A stretch of 64,000 nucleotides of DNA. Origin: Leucoraja erinacea. Its lineage: Eukaryota. The position numbers and the translations under genes are program-made. Positions 24,241 to 35,720 of the stretch are shown here, in pieces. Below the pieces are notes generated by a model, which saw nothing but the letters and a program-made list of their open reading frames with translations, searched no databases and was not told the DNA's origin. The DNA is taken from contig NC_073377.1 of the NCBI RefSeq assembly GCF_028641065.1, positions 64,914,001-64,978,000 of the forward strand. The letters run 5' to 3'. How positions within the stretch are numbered: position 1 is the stretch's first letter; every line of letters begins with the position of its first letter.

Positions 24241-25566
24241 AGCATCTGGATAAACAGGGACTGATTAGGAACAGTCAACATGGATTTGTGCCTGGAAGGT
24301 CATGTTTGACTAATCTTCTTGAATTTTTTGAAGAGGTTACTCGGGAAATTGATGAGGATAAAGCAGTGGATGGTGTATATATGGACTTCAGTAAGGCCTT
24401 TGACAAGGTTCCTCACGGAAGGTTGGTTAAGAAGGTTCAATTGTTGGGTATTAATGGTGGAGTAGCAAGATGGATTCAACAGTGGCTGAATGGGAGATGC
24501 CAGAGAGTAATGGTGGATGGTTGTTTGTCAGGTTGGAGGTCAGTGACTAGTGGGGTGCCACAGGGATCTGTGTTGGGTCCACTGTTGTTTGTCATGTACA
24601 TCAATGATCTGGATGATGGTGTGGTAAATTGGATTAGTAAGTATGCAGATGATACTAAGATAGGTGAGGTTGTGGATAATGAAGTAGATTTTCAAAGTCC
24701 ACAGAGAGATTTATGCCAGTTGGAAGAGTGGGCTGAAATATGGCAGATGGAGTTTAATGCTGATAAGTGTGAGGTGCTACTTGGCAGGACAAATCAAAAT
24801 AGGACGTACATGGTAAATGGTAGGGAATTGAAGAATGCAGGTGAACAGAGGGATCTGGGAATAACTGTGCACAGTTCCCTGAAAATGGAATCTCATGTAG
24901 ATAGGGTGGTAAAGAAAGCTTTTGGTGTGCTGGCCTTTATAAATCAGAACATTGAGTATAGAAGTTGGGATGTAATGTTAAAATTGTACAAGGCATTGGT
25001 GAGGCCAATTCTGGAGTATGGTGTACAATTTTGGTCGCCTAATTATAGGAAGGATGTCAACAAAATAGAGAGAGTACAGAGGAGATTTACTAGAATGTTG
25101 CCTGGGTTTCAGCAACTAAGTTACAGAGAAAGGTTGAACAAGTTAGGGCTTTATTCTTTGGAGCGCAGAAAGTTAAGGGGGGACTTGATAGAGGTCTTTA
25201 AAATGATGAGAAGGATAGACAGAGTTGACGTTGATAAGCTTTTCCCACTGAGAGTAGGGAAGATTCAAACAAGGGGACATGACTTGAGAATTAAGGGACT
25301 GAAGTTTAGGGGTAACATGAGGGGGAACATCTTTACTCAGAGAGTGGTAGCTGTGTGGAATGAGCTTCCAGTGAAGGTGGTGGAGGCAGGTTCGTTTTTA
25401 TCATTTAAAAATAAATTGGATAGTTATATGGACGGGAAGGGAATGGAGGGTTATGGTCTGAGCGCAGGTATATGGGACTAGGGGAGAATACGTGTTCGGC
25501 ACGGACTAGAAAGGTCGAGATGGCCTGTTTCCGTGCTGTAATTGTTATATGGTTATATTATATGGT
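24241..25566 (+). mobile_element. Young CR1 LINE, 5'-truncated, with open RT ORF 24288-25481
   Basis: SCLTNLLEFFEEVT, YMDFSKAFDKVPH, VTSGVPQGSVLGP, YADDTK; tail (ttatatgg)n. Its 3' part is nearly identical to 60823-61362. Confidence 0.95.
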
Positions 25567-25568
25567 TT

Positions 25569-26466
25569 TCTATCTATCTATCTATCCATAACTAAAATTC
25601 TGATCTTGTTATCTTCCAGTTTGCGCGATATTTCTAATTGTGCAAAAATGATAGCGCTACGATTTTTCGCCAGTTCACTCACCGTTCTCCTGTGCTGTGA
25701 GTGCACCAAGTTTCATTCCGATCGGTTGAATGTCGTAAAAGTTAGCGAGGTTTAAAAATCTTTGCAAACTGCGCATGCGCAGATCGGCTGACGGAGGTTT
25801 ACAACCAGACACAATTTTCGGAGAGACCCAAAGCAGCCCAGCCCCAAGCAGCCCAGCACAGCGTCGGAGACCCAGCCCAGCCCAGCCCAGAGTTGGAGAC
25901 CCAGCCGAGCCCAGAGTTGGAGATGCGATGTCGCCAAACAGAAAGCGAAGGCGAACGACTGGCGACCAGCGCCCGCTGTGAGTCCCCATCACGCCGCCAA
26001 TTTCAACCACTACCCCTCTGGTCCCCCTCACTGGCTCAACCGCCCTCCACCATGATGCCCCCCTCTCCACATGGCTCTTCCCCCGTCTTTTCTCTGAGCT
26101 CACTCCCCCCTCCCCCCCTCCCCCCTCCGCCCATACACCCCTCTCCCCCCACACACCCCCCCGGCCCACACACCCCTCCCCCCCCCCATGCCCCCCACCC
26201 ACACACTACCCTGCCGCACACACCTGTCCCCACACACCCCCCCCCCACAACATCCCCCCGCCCCCACAATCCCCCCTGTCCCCCCCACAATCCCCCTGCC
26301 CCTAACTTATAGGTGGAATATTGCGTTGGGGGAACGGGTTGCGTTGGGGGAATGGGTGAGTGGTGGAATATCGCGTTGGGGGAATGGGTGAATGGTGGAA
26401 TGGAATATTGCGTTGGAGGACTAGGCCTTCCATATGACTAGGACCAACATGTCCCACTTAGTCTAG
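25569..26466 (+). mobile_element. Possible non-autonomous Helitron
   Basis: Starts tctat...ccataactaaaa, has internal C-rich and roughly 30-bp repeats (gtggaatattgcgttggggga), and ends with a ggac-caacat-gtcc hairpin about 8 nt before CTAG|T. Confidence 0.45.
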
Positions 26467-27171
26467 TGTGTTCCTAAGCAGCAACAGCATTACATTAAAC
26501 AGGAGCAAACAGACATTGGAATTTCTCATAAGATAGCACTGGAAACTCTTTCAAAGAGTTTGGGCAGTTATTGGATCCTGAACACATGAATCTGTGTCAT
26601 ACAGTAAATTTGCAGACTGTTGCAGTAATGGAATCATGCCTGTGGGCCCACCATATCCATGTTCACAATGACAGCAGACAGTAGAATAGGTGAAATTGTA
26701 GACAGTGAAGATGGTTGTCATGAATTACAGCAGGATCCTGATCAATTCAGCAAGTGGGCCGAGGAATGGCTAATGGAGGATACCATAGGAACCCGAGATG
26801 CAACTTTTCCCATAGAACGTAGCGACTATATGGAATGAGCTGCTAGAGGTAGTTGAGGCAGATCCAATAACAACATTTAAAAGGCATTTAGACAGGTATG
26901 TGGATGAGAAAGATTTGGGGCCATATTGACCAAATGCTTAGATTGGGGGGGGGGGGGGGGGCATCTTGGATGGCATGAATGAGTTGCACTGAAGGGCATG
27001 TTTCCGTGCTGTATGACTATATGATTATCTAGCTATATTATTCCCATTTCCAGCACCTGACCTAAATCTTCAATCCCATGGGATTACAATACCTTATCAA
27101 AATCTTCAAGTCTGCCCTCTCCATCTTGCTTCCCGCCCCATCTCTACCCTCCCTCTCTGTCCTACCCCGCC

Positions 27172-27258
27172 GCTCACAAGCCCAGCCACACTGCTCACAA
27201 GCCCAGCCACACTGCTCACAAGCCCAGTCACACTGCTCACAAGCCCAGTCGCGCTGCT
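27172..27258 (+). repeat. 21-bp tandem repeat (gctcacaagcccagccacact), about 4 copies
   Basis: Directly visible; explains the CSQAQPH and CEQCGWA ORF repeats. Confidence 0.85.
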
Positions 27259-27298
27259 CGGCCTCCCTTGAGTCCATGTCTGCCCGCAGCCCTCTCCC

Positions 27299-27689
27299 NN
27301 NNNNNNNNNNNNNNNNNNNNNNNNNNNNNNNNNNNNNNNNNNNNNNNNNNNNNNNNNNNNNNNNNNNNNNNNNNNNNNNNNNNNNNNNNNNNNNNNNNNN
27401 NNNNNNNNNNNNNNNNNNNNNNNNNNNNNNNNNNNNNNNNNNNNNNNNNNNNNNNNNNNNNNNNNNNNNNNNNNCCTGTCTCTGCCCTCTCTCTCTCTAT
27501 CTCTCTCACTGTCTCTACCATCTCTCTTTCTGTCTCTGCCTCTGCCCNNNNNNNNNNNNNNNNNNNNNNNNNNNNNNNNNNNNNNNNNNNNNNNNNNNNN
27601 NNNNNNNNNNNNNNNNNNNNNNNNNNNNNNNNNNNNNNNNNNNNNNNNNNNNNNNNNNNNNNNNNNNNNNNNNNNNNNNNNNNNNNNNN
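27299..27689. other. Two assembly gaps (27299-27474, 27548-27689) around CT-rich repeat
   Basis: Ns in the sequence. Confidence 1.
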
Positions 27690-27707
27690 ACGCTCTAACA
27701 GTAATTT

Positions 27708-30700
27708 GATTTAAATCTTTTTATTTGAATTTCACAGCAATTTGCATACATACAATGACACCAGACAGTGACAGTCAAGGCATAATTGTGCAACAGTATG
27801 CAAGCGACCCTCAAAGCCCTTAACCTTACCCTTACCCACCTTCAACCCACCCGAATCAGGTCGGAACCAAACGGGGACAAACAACACTCACATACAAACA
27901 CATCCACACAAATATGGTAAGATAAACGAAACAAAAAGTAATAACAGTAAATAAGTAAGTAATTAAATAAATAAGTGTGGGGAGGGGGGGGTGGTTAAGG
28001 GGGGAGCAGCTGCAGTAGAGCAGGACAGTGATGGAAAGCACTCAGTCCTCTTCCGAGTCCGGGGACAAGTTAAGAGAGTTAACAAGTTCCAGGAAAGGGT
28101 TCCATGTATCTAGGAATGTCTTGGTAGAGCCTTTGAGAGAGAACCTAAGTTTTTCAAGCTTTAAATTGTAGAGCACCTCCTTGATCCAGCGGGCGTGTGT
28201 TGGGGGACAGGTGAGCCTCCAGTTAAGCAAGATCAGTCTCCGGGCTAACAAGGTTGTAAAAGCCAGGACCCACTTCAAAGCAACAGAGAGGTTGGTGTTG
28301 GGAGGAATACCAAAAATGGCTGACAGTGGGTTTGGAGGAATAGTCTGGCCATAGGCTCTGCTAATCAAGTCGAAAGCACTCCTCCAAAAGGTTGCTAGCT
28401 TAGGGCAAGACCAAAACATATGGCTATGGTTGGCAGGGGATTGATTACATCTGTTGCAGGTGTCCCTAACAGCGGGGTAAATTCTAGACAATCTTGCATT
28501 TGTGTAGTGGACTTTGTGAAGGACTTTGCATTGGATTAGGCCATGACGGGCACATATGGAGGAAGAATGGATCAAATCCAAGGCAGAGTCCCATTGCTGG
28601 TCTGTTAGTTTCGTATTCAGCTCACCCTCCCACGCAGCTTTTAATGAGGTATGAGGTTTCAATATAACCGACCCTAACAAGTTATACAAAACAGAGATGC
28701 ATTTCTTCCGGTTGGGATCTAGAGCTAAGATGGTATCGGTCAGGGTTTCAGGGGGGCGATTTGGGAAATGGGGGAATGTCTTCTTCACAAAATCCCTAAT
28801 CTGGAAAAAACGAAAAAGGTGGGAGTTTGGGAGGCTGTAGTTGGACGAGCTCCGCAAAGGACGAAAAGATGCCATCCTTGTATAGGTTTTTGATAAAACT
28901 GATGCCATGACTATGCCAGGTTTCGAATGTGGGGTCTGTACTTGAAGGTTTAAAGATGTGATTTTTAAGCAGTGGGGTCAAGATGGAAGGGCCTTGTAAA
29001 CCAAAGTTTTTCCTGAGTTGACTCCATATCTTGAGCGAAAGTGACGCAATTGGGCCTGCACCCACAGATGTTATAGGAAGGGGGAGTTGGGAGCATAGGA
29101 CAGACCGCAACAGGAGACGTGAACTCGCCTTTTCCATGTGTACCCAGGTCGGTAGGTGGTCGTAATCGTCATTCATCCAATACAGGAGTTTTTGCAAGTT
29201 AGCTGCCCAATAGTATCGCCTGAAGTCAGGAAGTGCCAAACCGCCGTCACTCTTAGGAGACTGTAGTATCGCCTTTCGGATTCTAGCCGGTTTGCTACCC
29301 CATAAAAATTTAGATATTGTCCTTTCTAATTTATCAAAAAAAGATTTAGTGATAAGTATAGGGACGTGCTGAAAAAGATACAGGAATTTGGGTAGGACGA
29401 CCATCTTGACCAGATTTATCCGGCCCACGAGGGACAGCGGTAAAACTGACCAGCGGTCAAAATCTCTTTCAGCTTTCTCAACCAGAGGCAGAAAGTTTGT
29501 GCGGAACATATCAGATATAGGTGTTGTAATAAAAACACCGAGGTAGCGAAACCCGTCCTCCGCCCATTTGAATGAGGTTAAAGAGCGAGGGAGCTGCTTA
29601 GCCAATGAGTTAGTCGGTAATAGCTCACTCTTTTGGTAGTTAAGTTTATAACCAGAATACGCACCAAACCGTTCTAAAATATTCGTAATCACAGGGAGAG
29701 AGCTGACTGGATTCGAGATGTACAGGAGCAGGTCATCCGCATACAATGAGACTTTATGAGATGTGTCGAACCGTGTAATACCTTTAAAGCCCTTCTCTGA
29801 GCGTAACCAGACCGCCAAGGGTTCCATCGCGACAGCAAACAGAAGTGGTGATAACGGGCAACCCTGCCTGGTACCTCTCTGAAGGGGGAAGTGGGACGAC
29901 AGTGTGCCGTTTGTTTGTACTGAGGCCACCGGGGACGAGTATAACAGACTGACCCAAAGAATGAAACTATTACCGAGGCCAAACCTGTCCATCGCCTCAT
30001 ATAGGTACCTCCATTCGACCCTGTCGAAAGCTTTATCGGCGTCGAGGGAGACCACTATTTCCGGGGGTCTCACTACTCGGTGAATGGATGATGTTAAGGA
30101 GACGTCTAGTATTGTGGGAGGACTGTCGGCCTGGCATGAACCCTGTTTGATCTAACGAGATAATAGAGGGCATCACTCATTGAAGACGGAGCGCAAGGGC
30201 TTTAAAGAGGATTTTGAGGTCCACATTCAGGAGTGAAATTGGTCTATAGCTACTACAAAGCAGGGGATCGTTCTCCTCTTTAAGAATTAGGGAGATAGTA
30301 GCCCACGACAAGGTGGGCAGTAGGCGACGATGTAAAAATGCCTCATTGTACATATCTCTCAGGACTGGTGCGAGGAGAGCAGAGAAAGCTTTGTAATATT
30401 CTACAGTGAAGCCGTCAGGGCCGGGTGACTTTCCGCTTTGCAGCGATGTGATGGCTGCTTGGACCTCAGCAACAGTTATGGGACCACCCAACTCTCTCGT
30501 GGCTTCATCATCAATTCGGGGAAACGTCATACTACGGAACATGTCATCTGCAGTGGGAGGACAATCGGAAGCGTATAGTTCAGCGTAGAATTTAGCAAAG
30601 GCTTCATTAATTCTAAGGATCAGTATGAATCTCCCCTAAGCTGGATCTAATGGCTGGAATTAGCCGTGAAGTTGCCTCGGTTCTGGCCTGATGGGCCAAA

Positions 30701-31183
30701 AGCTTCCCAGCTTTATCCCCAGATTCAAAAAAGTGTTGCCTAGATTTAAGCAGTCGTAGCTTAGCTTTATTAGTAGACGTGAGGTCAAAGTCTGTTTGTA
30801 ACCTAAGGCGTTCTCTATAAAGGTTAGGGTCTGGGTCAGATGCATATTTGTCATCAATGTCCTTTATTTTTTGTAACAGGTCTGCCATTTGGAACGTCTC
30901 GGTTCTTTTCAGGTTGGAGACAAAAGAGATAAGTTTTATAGGCTTTTGAAGCTTCCCAGAGTATACCCCTTTCTATGTCCGGCGAGTCATTCAGCTCAAA
31001 ATATAAGGTGATTTGGGAGTGCAAGAATTGCATGTAGTGAGCCTCTGCTAATAATGAGGAGTTGAACCTCCACTGTTTAAAGGGGTTAGTTCGTTTACGA
31101 AAGTGGAGATCGAGGGAGGTTGCAGCGTGATCTGATATTACGATGCTATGATACTCGCTGGATTTGATTTTGGAGAGCAAAGG
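27708..31183 (-). mobile_element. L1-clade LINE, 5'-truncated in the endonuclease, frameshifted ORF2, 17-bp TSD
   Basis: EN motif VISDHA; KSPGPDGFTVEYYK, YRPISLLNVD, SLDADKAFDRVEW, RGTRQGCPLSPLLF, SLYADD; C-terminal CNRC...HMFWSC knuckle. TSD cgctctaacagtaattt at 27691-27707 and 31184-31200. Confidence 0.95.
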
Positions 31184-32049
31184 CGCTCTAACAGTAATTT
31201 TTGTAATATTCCTGTAGAGTTTTATTCCGTAGATTCAGAAATCGGCATACCTGAAAATTTCAAGCTTTATTTCTTGAGTTATTTATGAAAATGTTCACAA
31301 ATCTGAAATATCTTTGAAAATAAATTAGCTGATTAAGTCACAATGGGTCTGCTCACACCGCCTGCTGCGCACTGTTTTCCACGTGCTGCAAGTTATGTTA
31401 CCCCCCTCGAATCGCAGTAATTTGGTCGCCGTTCACCCCGTTCACCAAGTCCGCCCTCTCCCTCTCTTTCCCCCCTCGCTCTCCTGCCACGGCGCACGCA
31501 AGCCCGGCCATACCATTCGCAAGCCTGGCCGCGCCACTCGGCCGCCCTCGAGTCCACATCCGCCCGCAACCCTCTCCCTGTCTCTGGCCTCTCTCTCTCT
31601 CCCTGTCTCTGGCCTCTCTTAATCACTGTCTCTGCCCTCTCTCTCTCTCCCTGTCTCTGCCCTCTCTCTCTCCCTGTCTCTGCCCTCTCTGTGCTCTCTC
31701 TCTCTACCCCGTGCCCCTCCCTCTCTGGGGTTAGTGTGTGCGTGTGGGGGTGGTTAGTGTGTGTGTGACACCCTTGGTCTTGTACTGTTTAAAAATTGTG
31801 AGCTTACCTGATAGCACCATCCCTGTAGGAACTGTCCTAGAATTCAACAACCCTCTGTGGGGGGGAGGGGTGTGGGGGAGGGGGGGGGTGTGGGAGGCTT
31901 CCACTCACAGAAACCACTCAGCTATTCCCTCTGCTTCTTATTTCACAGACACTTTCAGATCCAATTTGCCATGGACATCCTTCAATCCCATCTGTCATGT
32001 GACATCTTGTGAAATACATCTCATGGCAGAGTGATGGCATGACAGAGGG

Positions 32050-32345
32050 GAGGCACCGTGGCACAGTGGTAGGGTTGCGGCCTTAAAGCGCCAGAGACCC
32101 GGGTTCGACCCTGACTATGGGTGCTCTCCGTGCAGAGTTTGTTCATTCTCCCTGTGACCATATGGGCTTTTTCCAGGTGCTTTGGTTTCCTCCCACATTC
32201 CAAATACGTGCAGGTTTGTAGGTTAATTGGCTTCTGTAAACTGTCCCTAGTGTGTAGGAATGAACTAATGTATGGGTGATGGCAGGTCGGTGCAGAATCA
32301 GTGAGCCAAAGGGCCTGTTTCCACACTGTATCCGTAAATTAATTA
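32050..32345 (+). mobile_element. V-SINE (HE1-like)
   Basis: ggcaccgtggcacagtggtagg...gacccgggttcgaccc (A/B boxes), V-domain, and tail aagggcctgtttccacactgta. Confidence 0.85.
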
Positions 32346-32744
32346 AAACCCTGAAGTCCGTCTAGGCTGCATCATTGACACTTAGTTACCTCTTGGTAAA
32401 AGTTAATATAATTAACCAGGCGGGATCTGCCCTGAACAGGGTCTTGCTGACTATCCTACATTATTGTCAGTCCTTCCAAGTGCAAATTAATCCTGTGCCA
32501 CTGAGCTTTTCCAATAATTTCCCTACTTCACAGTGCAAGTACTAGCTTCTTAACAGCGCCATCCAGGTGCCACCATGCCAATGGCCTTGTTATATCTGTA
32601 TACCCAGGGAGCCAATTAAATCTCTAGTCAATAGTCAGCAATGCGCTTCTTAAACTGAATGGCCAGGCATCCAGCGGTTAGGAGCTATTTTATGCCTACA
32701 CCAACATATGCTCCACGTCATTCTTATTCTTACATTTTCATTTT

Positions 32745-34700
32745 AGAAGATTGTTCATCCCAGTTTGGCAAAAGAATAAATCAGGGAAGGTAGTACATCC
32801 ATGGATAACAAGGGAAATCAGGGATAGTATCAAAGCGAAGGATGATGCGTACAAATTAGCCAGAAAAAGCAGCATACCAGAGGACTGGGAGAAATTCAGA
32901 GACCAGCAGAGGAGGACAAAGGGCTTAATTAGGAAAGGAAAAATAGATTATGAAAGAAAACTGGCAGGGAACATAAAAACTGACTGCAAAAGAAAGATGT
33001 GAAAAGAAAGAGATTAGTTAAAACAAATGTAGGTCCCTTGCAGTCAGAAACAGGTGAGTTGATCATGGGGAACAAGGATATGGCGGACCAATTGAATAAC
33101 TAAATTGAATGGATTAAAGGCCGATAAATCCCCAGGGCCAGATAGGCTGCATCCCAGAGTTCTTAAGGAAGTAGCTCCAGAAATAGTGGATGCATTAGTA
33201 ATAATCTTTCAAAACTCTTTAGATTCTGGAGTAGTTCCTGAGGATTGGTGGCTAACAAACGTAACCCCACTTTTTAAGAAGGGAGGGAGAGAGAAAACGG
33301 GGAATTACAGACCAGTTAGTCTAACATCGGTAGTGGGGAAACTGCTAGAGTCAGTTATTAAAGATGGGATAGCAGCACATTTGGAAAGTGGTGAAATCAT
33401 TGGACAAAGTCAGCATGGATTTACAAAAGGTAAATCATGTCTGACGAATCTTATAGAATTTTTCGAGGATGTAACTAGTAGCGTGGATAGGGGAGAACCA
33501 GTGGATGTGGTGTATCTGGACTTCCAGAAGGCTTTCGACAAGGTCCCACATAACTTAAAGCACACGGCATTGGGGGTTCAGTATTGATGTGGATAGAGAA
33601 CTGGCTGGCAAACAGGAAGCAAAGAGTAGGAGTAAACGGGTCCTTTTCACAATGGCAGGCAGTGACTAGTGGGGTACCGCAAGGCTCAGTGCTGGGACTC
33701 CAGCTATTTACAATATATATTAATGATCTGGATGAGGGAATTGAAGGCAATATCTCCAAGTTATCTCCAAGTAAGCTGGGGGGCAGTGTTAGCTGTGAGG
33801 AGGATGCTAGGAGACTGCAAGGTGACTTGGATAGGCTGGGTGAGTGGGCAAATGTTTGGCAGATGCAGTATAATGTGGATAAATGTGAGGTTATCCATTT
33901 TGGTGGCAAAAACAGGAAAGCAGACTATTATCTAAATGGTGGCCGACTAGGAAAAGGGGAGATGCAGCGAGACCTGGGTGTCATGGTACACCAGTCATTG
34001 AAAGTAGGCATGCAGGTGCAGCAGGCAGTGAAGAAAGCGAATGGTATGTTAGCTTTCATAGCAAAAGGATTTGAGTATAGGAGCAGGGAGGTTCTACTGC
34101 GGTTGTACATGGTCTTGGTGAGACCACAGCTGGAGTATTGCGTACAGTTTTGGTCTCCAAATCTGAGGAAGGACATTATTGCCATAGAGGGAGTGCAGAG
34201 AAGGTTCACCAGACTGATTCCTGGGATGTCAGGACTGTCTTACGAAGAAAGACTGGATAGACTTGGTTTATACTCTCTAGAATTTAGGAGATTGAGAGGG
34301 GATCTTATAGAAACTTACAAAATTCTTAAGGGGTTGGACAGGCTAGATGCAGGAAGATTGTTCCCGATGTTGGGGAAGTCCAGGACAAGGGGTCACAGCT
34401 TAAGGATAAGGGGGAAATCGTTTAAAACCGAGATGAGGAGAACTTTTTTCACACAGAGAGTGGTGAATCTTTGGAACTCTCTGCCACAGAGGGTAGTTGA
34501 GGCCAGTTCATTGGCTATATTTAAGAGGGTTAGATGTGGCCCTTGTGGCTAAGGGGATCAGAGGGTATGGAGAGAAGGCAGGTATGGGATACTGAGTTGG
34601 ATGATCAGCCATGATCATATTGAATGGCGGTGCAGGCTCGAAGGGCCGAATGGCCTACTCCTGCACCTAATTTCTATGTTTCTATGTTTCTATGTTTCTA
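32745..34700 (+). mobile_element. CR1 LINE ORF2 with deletions and frameshifts, intact 3' end
   Basis: KSPGPD.LHPRVLKE, NYRPVSLTSVVGK, YLDFQKAFDKVPH, VPQGSVLG; tail (tttctatg)n. Confidence 0.95.
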
Positions 34701-35149
34701 TTTTCCCTTGTTGCAGTGACCCTCCGCTGCAATTACTTTGCTTCTCTACATCCAAAAGCATTGTAATTTCTGAGATTCATCTACAATTCATCTATGATCA
34801 TCTAACTTCAAGCTATTATTTTAAATAAAAAATATATAACTCTGAGTGGGGATGAATTGATCTCGTGAGGTCTGATCTAATTATTCTTTGTGCTCTCTAC
34901 TGCTTTGTCTGAAGCCAGTCCTGACTCACTGCATGAAAAAAACACAAAAGCATGTTTAATATAAAGACTATAAAATCAAACTTAAGGGAGGTTTTAAATT
35001 TAAAGAACTATGCAAAAGAGGTGCGAGTGCAAATATGTGCTATCAAACGCTATTTCATATTGTGTTATTTTTATTTTTCTGTGATTTCAATGAAAACAGA
35101 TATTGTGAGAGATGGAAAGGGTCTGCCACTTTACTATAATTGTACATGA

Positions 35150-35720
35150 CAGGGCCCTAGTGAGACCACACCTGGAGTATTGTGTGCTGTTTTGGTCCCC
35201 TAATTTGAGGAAGGACATTCTTGCTATTGAAGGAGTGCAGCGTAGGTTTACAAGGTTAATTCCCGGGATGGCGGGACTGTCATATGCTGAGAGAATGGAG
35301 CAGCTGGGCTTGTACACTCTGCAGTTTAGAAGGATGAGAGGTTATCTCATTGAAACATATAAGATTGTTAAGGGTTTTGACAGGAAACATGTTCCCGATG
35401 TAGGGGGAGTCAGGGGCCACAGTTTAAGAATAAGGAGTAAGCCATTTTGATCGGAGATGAGGAAACACTTTTTCTCACAGAGAATGGTGAGTCTGTGGAA
35501 TTCTCTGCCTCAGACGGCGGTGAAGGCAGGTTCTCTGGATTCTTTCAAGAGAGAGCAAGATAGGGCTTTTAAAATTAGCAGAGTCAGGGGATATGGGGAG
35601 AAGGCAGGAACGGGGTACTGATTGGGGATGATCAGCCATGATCACATTGAATGGCGGTGCTGGCTCGAAGTCGAAATGGCCTACTCCTGCACCTATTGTC
35701 TATTGTCTATCGTCTATTGA
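35150..35720 (+). mobile_element. CR1 3' fragment
   Basis: ALVRPHLEYCVLFWSP...; tail (tattgtc)n. Confidence 0.9.

Noticed and set aside
24288-25481. 397-aa RT ORF as a domesticated gene or retron-like system
   Set aside because: Ordinary 5'-truncated CR1 with a LINE tail and a near-identical sibling at 60823; the open frame reflects youth.
25675-26391. Pro-rich and Gly-rich ORFs
   Set aside because: Low-complexity C-rich tract inside a repeat element.
27062-27714. Long ORFs containing X runs (also 22984-23463)
   Set aside because: Artefacts of N gaps and tandem repeats.
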